The position numbers and the translations under genes are program-made. Positions 56,821 through 64,000 of a stretch of DNA of 64,000 nt are shown piece after piece. Below the pieces are notes generated by a model. That model did no database searches. It had not been told where the DNA came from and saw nothing but the letters and a program-made list of their open reading frames with translations. The stretch is from Aridibaculum aurantiacum (GTDB lineage: Bacteria > Bacteroidota > Bacteroidia > Chitinophagales > Chitinophagaceae), in contig NZ_JAFEWC010000004.1 of assembly GCF_017355875.1 (NCBI RefSeq), forward strand, positions 12,989 to 76,988, given 5' to 3'. How positions within the stretch are numbered: position 1 is the stretch's first letter; each line of letters starts with the position of its first letter.

Positions 56821-58032
56821 TTATAATGGTGTACCCGAAGAATTGGTTATCGTTCCTTCGGCAGCATCATTTAGAAAAACTGCAAGACCAAAAGCCACTA
56901 CGGAAATAATAATTCCAAACATGAAAATATTATAAGCCCACCTGATCAATTTGTATTTACGTGCAAGCACCACCCCTAGTTGGAAAATATCTTTCACCAG
57001 TGATCCATATAAATATGTTGGATCAATCATCATCCTACTCATTGCTTGCTCGTACTGTGAAAGTGAAGTGCGGTGGAAATTACCAAAAAATAACAGGTTC
57101 ACTTTTTTATCAATAATGTCCTGGTCACTAAAGGTTCCTTCACTTACTTTAGGCCTGGTAGCAAGAATTGCTACAACAATAGTAACTACTGAAAATGCAA
57201 GAAATATAACTGTTGGAATGGTGAGGTAAGTATCAACCTGCAGACGCCGTAGCAGTACCGATAAAATAACTGAAATAATAATTGCATTTACAGAAATAAG
57301 GATATTGGCTTTTCCATCTGCCATATCACTTAGGCGCATATGGTTTTCTGATGTTAGCCTCAGCATTGTTTGGATGCCTTTTGTTGTAAAAGCATTCTGC
57401 TTATCTACCAATTCATCTTTTGTACTTACTTCAGCAATTTCATTAAGATCTTTTTTCAGCTTCTTTAAATTCTTTCTCTTTTTTTCTGTCAGCAATTCTT
57501 TGCAGTAGGTAGTATAATATTGGTGATTTTCCAGTAGCTCAATTGCCTTTTGTTGCCACTCTTTTTTACTACCTGCATTGCCCCGCAACCTGAATTCTTC
57601 GTACACCAATTTATTAGTGATATTAAATTCTTTCGTGCCGAGATTGTAAGTATCTGCATCGCAAATAATCTGCTGAAGCAGGTTCACCGCTTTCCTGTTT
57701 GGCTTGGTAGCCAGAATACATTCTTCAATTGTGTTTACCAGGTCATCATCCTGCGTTTGCATGCGCATAAATTCACGCATCAATTCTGCACTTTTTTCCT
57801 CATGGCGCGCCGGCTCTTCAAATAAGTAGCCAGTATCATGAAACCAGGCAGCTACATAAAGTACCACCATATCATTTTCTACCAGGTTGTAATGTGCAGC
57901 TATTTCTTTCGTTCTGTTAACTACACTTTTAGTATGCTGCAGGTTATGGTACACCAGGTTAGGATCGTGTACCCTGCCGTACATATCTGTTACATACTGC
58001 TCTGCATTCTTATATATCTGATTGTAATCCAT
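56821..58032 (-). CDS. HD-domain phosphohydrolase fused to a C-terminal multi-TM domain (DUF5706/Pycsar-effector-like)
   Basis: N-terminal HD motif (H…HNLQHT…WFHDTGY). C-terminal segment LSDMADGKANILISVNAIIISVILSVLL plus further TM helices. It lies 14 bp upstream of ppk1 on the same strand. Confidence 0.55.
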   Translation of the reverse strand: MDYNQIYKNAEQYVTDMYGRVHDPNLVYHNLQHTKSVVNRTKEIAAHYNLVENDMVVLYVAAWFHDTGYLFEEPARHEEKSAELMREFMRMQTQDDDLVNTIEECILATKPNRKAVNLLQQIICDADTYNLGTKEFNITNKLVYEEFRLRGNAGSKKEWQQKAIELLENHQYYTTYCKELLTEKKRKNLKKLKKDLNEIAEVSTKDELVDKQNAFTTKGIQTMLRLTSENHMRLSDMADGKANILISVNAIIISVILSVLLRRLQVDTYLTIPTVIFLAFSVVTIVVAILATRPKVSEGTFSDQDIIDKKVNLLFFGNFHRTSLSQYEQAMSRMMIDPTYLYGSLVKDIFQLGVVLARKYKLIRWAYNIFMFGIIISVVAFGLAVFLNDAAEGTITNSSGTPL

Positions 58033-58041
58033 GTTCTGTTA

Positions 58042-61000
58042 TTAAAATGTTAGGTTGAACTTAGTACCAAGAGAAAAATTAAAAAGTTTCTCTTCCTGTG
58101 AAAAACCAATAGTGGCTGAAATAAGCACTGCATTATAAGCAGCATAATAAAAGCCACCGCCATACGAGTTGTGCCATCTTTTTGAATCTTCGCCACGCAT
58201 CCACACACGGCCCAGGTCGTTGAAAGCAACTACACCCACTGCCCCAGGAAAGATGTACGATGTGGACTGGAATAACCTGTAGCGTAATTCCAAGCTGGTA
58301 TAAAAAGCACCAGAGCCGGCAAACCTGTTCTTTCTAAATCCTCGGAGGAAGTTGTTCTGGCCCAAATTCATAGCCTGGAAATATTCGAAGTTGCGGGTAA
58401 AGATGTGGCCGCCACCAATCCTCAATACAGACATAAGCTTAGCTGGTTCTGCCAGGCTTGAATACACCGTCATGTCGGTAGTAAAGCTGGTAACAGGCGC
58501 ACTGGCTTTATTTAGCCCACCTACTGAAGTAAACTGTGTAAGCCAATAAACACCACGGGTAGGGTAAAGCTGGTTATTCAGGTTGTTTACCAAAGCCATG
58601 AAACGTCCACCGAAGTAAGATTTATTACTGTAAACATTTACAGAATCAAGCCCTATCATTCCGGGGTGAGAAAGTATCCTGTTCTCGTTGTCCTGTGGTC
58701 GGTTCCAGTAGTGGTAGAAATACGGACCAACACCATAAGTAAGCACAGAGTTAGGTCGGCGGCCTAACAGTGCTTCGGCCTCCACGAAATTGTACCGCAC
58801 ACGGTAGAAGCGCCTGCCAAGCTGTATATCGTTCTCTGAATTGTTTCCTAAACCAAAGAAGTTGTTCAATACAGGCTTTACGATCTGGCCATTCAACAAC
58901 AGGTCGTTTTTACCAAGCACCCTGTTGAACTGGCCATTGTACCGCACCTGGTAAGAGCCCCTGTTTACAGCAAAAAGGGACGTCAGTCGTTGGTGTGTGG
59001 CAAAAGGCTCTTTTCTAAAGCTGTGGGTTGTTTTAGAAAAACCAATACCTACCAATGGACCATCTTCTACGTTATACCCAAGATTTAACTCCGGCAGGTT
59101 GATGCGGTTGTACTCGTAACCTGTAGGAGAATAATCATGAATGGCAGGTTCAGCTGAAAAACGCTCTCTAACCTTCGCGCCATTTTTAATAAAATTCTTT
59201 TCCGTCTCCAGATCATATATCAAAGCCCTCACGTTCCCCTTCACATCAAAAGTGTCATTCCCTCTTCCTCCTATTATCCTGATCTTGATATTTGATGTAG
59301 CATCGGCATCAATATCATAATAGTCATCACCGTTCAACCCGTACAACCTGATCTCTTTGGTAATTGCATCATGAAATTTGCGGTCGTAAAGAACAGATGT
59401 AGTATCCTGTTGATTTTTAGAGTAAACCCTAACCTGTACCTGGTCGCCTACTTTACTTACTTTAAAATATTCATGCTCGTTGCTACCTACTATATTCACT
59501 TCTTTTGCCAAAAAGTTATAGTACTGGAGCCCGGCCTTCATCAACTGGTCGCGCCTGCTGCGAATTTTTTCTTCAATCAGTGAGCCTTTTAGTGCATATA
59601 CCTCTTTTGGCATCTTTTGCACTGCATCTCTTATCACCTGGTCTGAAAGCTGCGACTGAAAATTGCTGATCGCCTTTTGCCAGTCATTGCGTTCCAGGTT
59701 ATTCAGAAACAAACGATCGAAATCGCGTGCCCAATACGAAAGCCATTTTACATTGCGTATGTCTTTTCTAAAACCCTGGAGAAAAGGCATCCTGTTAGCA
59801 GAAACAGCTTTTATCAAAAGTCCATCGGATACTGAGAAAGCCTGGTCGCGGTCGCGGGGAATTGGTATGTACAACTTTCCTTTTCCTGTATCTCCTACTA
59901 TAAACCGCCATTGATCAAAGTGGCGATCCCAGTCAGCGATCAATATATCAAGTAAACGTGCACGCAGCACGGCCTGCTGGTCTACCGTATGATCATTGTC
60001 CTCCCGCATTTTACTTATCACCTTAGCCGTACTTCTTGTATCCACCAGGCTTGCCACTGGCTCACGCTCCTCGAACAAGCAGATCTTATTGGCAAACACC
60101 TGTCGGTACTCACCAAAATCATTGTCGTTAGGTACAAAATAGATTTTTGGAGAAGCTACCACCACATTGGCTGCCTTAGCCAGTGGCGGTACTATCACCG
60201 GCGAATAAGGATGAGCAGTAGTAACAAAATCCTGCAAATAGTTTTGGGCGGCCGTTGCCCTGAAATTTGCAGGCAATAGTTTTTCCAGGTCTTTATCTAT
60301 TGTTCTAAGAACATATTCCTTTCCATTCTTATCTGCCAACCGCAACGACTTCGTTTGTTTTCCTCCACCTATACTAACAGGTTTTAGTCCCAGCTTCCTT
60401 ATTTTAAATACAGGTAAGCGAACCGGCGTTGCCCACTCTTCACGGTAGTTGTCACCATTAAAAAACCGTTTCAATCCTGATGCATTGTTGTAGCGTGGAT
60501 TGGCAGAAATGGTAATGCTATCTGCATTGAAAGGAACATAAACGATCCTTACCGTATCCTCGAAACGCAGTGGTGGCAATTTCGAAAAATTGAACAGGTT
60601 AGAATCATAAGCCAGCCTTGTGTCTTCACCCGTTACATTGTAGAAAGAGGTACGAACGTTTTTGTTTTTTGAGATCTCCAATACTGCGTAGCCCAGTGTA
60701 TCAGATACATATAAACTATTGCTGCCGGGTGAAACACGGGTTTCCTTGCAGCCAGCGCCACTTACTATATAGTAATAAGTAGAGTCTTTTATCAGCTGCT
60801 GGTTATGCTCATGGCCTGCAACAAAAATGATATTAGGATGCTGCTGCGCCACTTTTGATATAGCATTCACCATGTTTACATAGGTAGGGTGCTTCAGGTC
60901 TTGCGGCGTACCAAACACACCGCGGGCTATTGGGTAAATAGAGCCTATACCCGGCAGCGGCACGTACAGGTTCTTCCTTATATCAGTTAGTGGAAATATG

Positions 61001-61680
61001 TGCGATTTCAAAGGGAAATATCCACCATGAATGCCGTAGCTTTTGAACGGGTGGTGCGTAGCAAGTATCACCAGCTTCTTCGAATGTTTAGCGATCAGGT
61101 CTTCCAGCTGGCTGAGTACCTCTGTTTGTGTTTTGTACGGACAATCTGACTCTATGCCGGGTTTCTCCCAACGGTGTAGCCACCATTGTGTATCCAACAT
61201 GATCAAAACCACTTCATCAGAAAGTGATACTTCTACAGGACCAGGGCAGCCGTCTTTTGGTTCAAAGCTTACTCGTTGCTTAGCTCCCAGGTTATCTATT
61301 AGTTCCTGCTGGCGCTGTACAAATTGCAACCCGTAGCGGCTGCTATTGTTCCAATCGTGGTTACCCGGAATCATATAAACACGTGCAGCTGTTCCCCTGT
61401 TTACCTGTACCTGTGTATCTAGTACAGCACGCAGTTCCGTGTAAGTCAGGTCCTGCTCATCAGGCAAACCATCCAGGTACAGGTTGTCGCCCAGGTATAG
61501 AACGGTTGTCTTTTTGTCGAGGTTTATATTCTTCCGCACCGACTCAATCACCGGCTGTTTGCCATTGAACAATTTACCAGCGTCGCCTATTAATACCAAT
61601 CTTGCCTGTATGGTATCTGCTTGTGCTACGCATATGGCAGAACAGAACATACTCACTAAACCGGCGGCAAGTTTCTTCAT
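58042..61680 (-). CDS. Calcineurin-like metallophosphoesterase fused to a large C-terminal outer-membrane beta-barrel-like domain
   Basis: 1212 aa with a signal peptide. Metallophosphatase motifs GDAGK…GDNLY…GNHD…GHEH. The C-terminal ~600 aa are rich in alternating aromatic/Gly strands and end …NLTF. Confidence 0.55.
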   Translation of the reverse strand: MKKLAAGLVSMFCSAICVAQADTIQARLVLIGDAGKLFNGKQPVIESVRKNINLDKKTTVLYLGDNLYLDGLPDEQDLTYTELRAVLDTQVQVNRGTAARVYMIPGNHDWNNSSRYGLQFVQRQQELIDNLGAKQRVSFEPKDGCPGPVEVSLSDEVVLIMLDTQWWLHRWEKPGIESDCPYKTQTEVLSQLEDLIAKHSKKLVILATHHPFKSYGIHGGYFPLKSHIFPLTDIRKNLYVPLPGIGSIYPIARGVFGTPQDLKHPTYVNMVNAISKVAQQHPNIIFVAGHEHNQQLIKDSTYYYIVSGAGCKETRVSPGSNSLYVSDTLGYAVLEISKNKNVRTSFYNVTGEDTRLAYDSNLFNFSKLPPLRFEDTVRIVYVPFNADSITISANPRYNNASGLKRFFNGDNYREEWATPVRLPVFKIRKLGLKPVSIGGGKQTKSLRLADKNGKEYVLRTIDKDLEKLLPANFRATAAQNYLQDFVTTAHPYSPVIVPPLAKAANVVVASPKIYFVPNDNDFGEYRQVFANKICLFEEREPVASLVDTRSTAKVISKMREDNDHTVDQQAVLRARLLDILIADWDRHFDQWRFIVGDTGKGKLYIPIPRDRDQAFSVSDGLLIKAVSANRMPFLQGFRKDIRNVKWLSYWARDFDRLFLNNLERNDWQKAISNFQSQLSDQVIRDAVQKMPKEVYALKGSLIEEKIRSRRDQLMKAGLQYYNFLAKEVNIVGSNEHEYFKVSKVGDQVQVRVYSKNQQDTTSVLYDRKFHDAITKEIRLYGLNGDDYYDIDADATSNIKIRIIGGRGNDTFDVKGNVRALIYDLETEKNFIKNGAKVRERFSAEPAIHDYSPTGYEYNRINLPELNLGYNVEDGPLVGIGFSKTTHSFRKEPFATHQRLTSLFAVNRGSYQVRYNGQFNRVLGKNDLLLNGQIVKPVLNNFFGLGNNSENDIQLGRRFYRVRYNFVEAEALLGRRPNSVLTYGVGPYFYHYWNRPQDNENRILSHPGMIGLDSVNVYSNKSYFGGRFMALVNNLNNQLYPTRGVYWLTQFTSVGGLNKASAPVTSFTTDMTVYSSLAEPAKLMSVLRIGGGHIFTRNFEYFQAMNLGQNNFLRGFRKNRFAGSGAFYTSLELRYRLFQSTSYIFPGAVGVVAFNDLGRVWMRGEDSKRWHNSYGGGFYYAAYNAVLISATIGFSQEEKLFNFSLGTKFNLTF

Positions 61681-62546
61681 GGAATGGATGGTTTACTTTT
61701 AAAAATGAGAATATTACCTGCACCTACTTCTGCTGCTTCGTTAGAAATAAGCATGTCACCGGCAGGTGTGAAGTTTAAACCTTCAGGTTGCTTGAACCGT
61801 GCTGGATCAAGGGGAATAACATCTTTTATTTTACCATCCCGTTCTGCTATCACCAGGCATTTATTTACAGAAGATACGATGTAGAGGTCCTGTGTGATTG
61901 GATGTATAGCTGCAGCAGAAGGTTTAAATTTCTTTTCCTCGCTGTTAAGGGCTGCTAAAACCTGTTTGCCAGAAATGGTGAAATAAGGCGAAGCACTAAA
62001 GGATTTCGTGTCAAGATCATAAGCATAGGCAGTCACCTCTTTCTTATCCGATTTACAATCTTTGCAGATCACTACCAGCTTGTTGGCAGCACTATCGTAG
62101 TACAAGGTTTCAAACTCATTCTTGCCTTCTACCGGCAGTTTAAGTTCTTCTACATCCAAAGAATCTGAAGCATATATTCTGAAGCGGGTAAGATTGCCGT
62201 TGCTATGTAATGCGTAAAAGGTACTATCAACTAAAGCCAGGTCTTCGTAATCAGCATCTTTAGAAAACTGCCAGCTTTCAATTCTTACTTTATTCCTTAT
62301 ATAAATCTTATACAACAGACCCAGTTCATCGTTCACGGCAAAAACACTGGTGTCTTTAGGATAATAAACCACTCCCGATATTTCGTCCAGCTCTGTTTTT
62401 AAACTTACTACTACTGGTGTGTGGATGTCGTAGCCAGCAATATCAGGGTATTTTTGTTTACCGCTCAGCATATTGCACGACGACAATAATGTCCATCCTG
62501 TAAGCAACAGCAGGTTAGCTATTTTCAAAAATCTACACATAGGCAT
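61677..62546 (-). CDS. Lipoprotein, beta-propeller-like (YjiK/SdiA-regulated-like?)
   Basis: Lipobox LLSSC. 289 aa. Family assignment is weak. Confidence 0.3.
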   Translation of the reverse strand: MPMCRFLKIANLLLLTGWTLLSSCNMLSGKQKYPDIAGYDIHTPVVVSLKTELDEISGVVYYPKDTSVFAVNDELGLLYKIYIRNKVRIESWQFSKDADYEDLALVDSTFYALHSNGNLTRFRIYASDSLDVEELKLPVEGKNEFETLYYDSAANKLVVICKDCKSDKKEVTAYAYDLDTKSFSASPYFTISGKQVLAALNSEEKKFKPSAAAIHPITQDLYIVSSVNKCLVIAERDGKIKDVIPLDPARFKQPEGLNFTPAGDMLISNEAAEVGAGNILIFKSKPSIP

Positions 62547-62749
62547 ATGAATTCCGGCAGCTGTAACTGCACCTTATAAAGTCAAATCTTTTGCCGCCAA
62601 TGCGGCGCTGATTCTTAGCAGCTTTGACAGGAAGAAAACCTAAATATGTATGTGTTGGGGAAGTTTTTCTACAGTAGAAGCGGGTGTAGGAAAAGCTGAA
62701 AAATATTGAATAACAATACTATGTAAAAGAAAATTGCTTGCGGAAGGGC

Positions 62750-63445
62750 TCAGCTTAAGACAAACCGGTAGCCTATCCCTTTCATGGTTAATATCTCCAC
62801 CGAAGGATCATCTTTAAAATATCCACGCAGCTTTGTGATGTATACATCCAGGTTCCTGCTATTGAAAAAACTGTCATTACCCCATAGAAGATTTAGTATC
62901 TCGCGGCGGTCAATCACCTTGTTGCGGTGCTGCCACAGGTACTTTAGCAGCTCGCTTTCGCGGTAAGAAAGCTTTCTTTCTTCATCACCAAAAGTAAGCA
63001 CCTGCCGGTTGGTGAAATATTGGTAGCGGCCAATTTTTACAGTTTCTGCAACTGGTTCTGCTGCGCCATTACCATTATTAATGATGCGCAGCAAATTCTC
63101 GATCCGAACAATGAGCTCCTCCATGCTGAAAGGCTTGCGGATATAATCGTTGCCGCCTGTTTTAAAACCTTTCACCACGTCCTCTGTCTGCACTTTTGCG
63201 GTTAAAAATATAATAGGAACGTCCTCGTCTATCTCCCTTATTTCTTCGGCTATATCAAACCCGTTTTTGTTTGGCAACATCACATCAAGGACGCAGATGT
63301 CTGGCTTATACTGCTTGTAAGATTGCACCACCTTTGCCCCGTCTTCCTCCATCAGCACATCAAACCCTCTCATCTCCAGGCTTTCCTTTACTATTTTACC
63401 CAGAAAGGTTTCATCTTCTACATATAGAACTTTTATGACTGGCAT
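62750..63445 (-). CDS. OmpR-family two-component response regulator
   Basis: Receiver domain (VEDETF…DVMLP…K) plus a C-terminal winged-helix trans_reg_C (…LTMKGIGYRFV). Confidence 0.9.
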   Translation of the reverse strand: MPVIKVLYVEDETFLGKIVKESLEMRGFDVLMEEDGAKVVQSYKQYKPDICVLDVMLPNKNGFDIAEEIREIDEDVPIIFLTAKVQTEDVVKGFKTGGNDYIRKPFSMEELIVRIENLLRIINNGNGAAEPVAETVKIGRYQYFTNRQVLTFGDEERKLSYRESELLKYLWQHRNKVIDRREILNLLWGNDSFFNSRNLDVYITKLRGYFKDDPSVEILTMKGIGYRFVLS

Positions 63446-63484
63446 GGGTTGATGTTTCTTGTATTTTTTCTGATGATGCTACTA

Positions 63485-64000
63485 TTAAACTTTAGGAAAC
63501 TGAACGACGAATGAGCTTCCTACTCCCGGCACACTTTCTACTTTTATAGAACCACGGTGCTGCTGCACTATATGAGCCACATAGCTCAGGCCAAGGCCAT
63601 AGCCTTTAATGTTGTGCTTGTTGTGCATCGGCACGCGGAAGAACTTTTCAAATATCTTGTCTTTAAACTCGGGCTGTATGCCTATCCCATTGTCCCTGAC
63701 CATAAGTTGCACAACTTCTTCCTTGGCTTCTATTGCCACCTCTACCTGCAGGTCTTCTTTACAATATTTAATAGCATTATCGAGCAGGTTGTAAATAACG
63801 CTGGTGATGTGCAGCCGGTCTCCTTCCAGGTGAAAATTCTCTCCTGAGGTATTGAAGCTTACCTGGCCCTTGCACTTCTCAAATTGAAGCCGCATGCTGC
63901 CCAACACTTCCTGCACCAGCTGCCTTAGATCAACCCGCTCTATATTAAGTTCAACGTCCTTCTTCTCAAACATGGAGAGCTTGAGGACTTTATCAACCAG
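63485..64000 (-). CDS. Sensor histidine kinase (partial; only the C-terminal HATPase region is in the window)
   Basis: HATPase_c motifs NLLDNAIKY, DNGIGI and GYGLGLS. The ORF runs off the window end. It lies immediately upstream of the response regulator. Confidence 0.7.
   Translation of the reverse strand: MVDKVLKLSMFEKKDVELNIERVDLRQLVQEVLGSMRLQFEKCKGQVSFNTSGENFHLEGDRLHITSVIYNLLDNAIKYCKEDLQVEVAIEAKEEVVQLMVRDNGIGIQPEFKDKIFEKFFRVPMHNKHNIKGYGLGLSYVAHIVQQHRGSIKVESVPGVGSSFVVQFPKV

Noticed and set aside
53692-58032. Pycsar (pyrimidine cyclase plus TM effector) defence system
   Set aside because: The cyclase has a canonical membrane class III adenylate-cyclase look. The two genes are separated by the housekeeping ppk1. 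An HD domain fused to a DUF5706-like TM region is widespread in Bacteroidota in non-defence contexts. Reported only as an unusual operon.

Overview
This window looks like a Bacteroidota chromosome segment, judged from SusC/SusD genes, several T9SS C-terminal sorting domains and short spacing between genes, probably from a Chitinophagaceae-like genome. Coordinates 1-16 kb carry a starch-type polysaccharide utilisation locus on the minus strand (SusF-like, SusE-like, SusD, SusC, and a GH13 alpha-amylase with a T9SS sorting domain), a Nudix-family (NrtR-like) regulator flanked by three copies of a TGTGTAAA-N-TTACACA palindrome, a divergent pullulanase, ligA and a DUF2461 gene. Coordinates 16.9-31.05 kb form a tightly packed, visibly AT-richer block of seven minus-strand genes that reads as a stacked defence island: a very-short-patch repair endonuclease (Vsr) ATGA-coupled to a C5 cytosine methyltransferase (Dcm), an 863-aa orphan protein, a NERD-nuclease/UvrD-like SF1 helicase fusion, a 1264-aa SF2 DExH helicase with an inserted zinc ribbon (DrmA-like), a DUF1998 protein (DrmB-like), and an AIPR abortive-infection-family protein. 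This resembles a class-2 DISARM cassette that lacks the PLD nuclease DrmC and has gained NERD-helicase and AIPR modules. It is the best candidate for an undescribed system variant in this window. The rest is mostly housekeeping: flotillin/NfeD, asd, a fused 2-oxoacid dehydrogenase E1 alpha/beta, two M16 peptidases, an MqnC/E-family radical SAM enzyme, MscS, rhomboid, ppk1, a response regulator and a partial histidine kinase at the window end. Also noted are several T9SS-exported proteins, an operon linking an HD-phosphohydrolase/TM protein to ppk1 and a membrane nucleotide cyclase, and two families of intergenic palindromic and tandem repeats.
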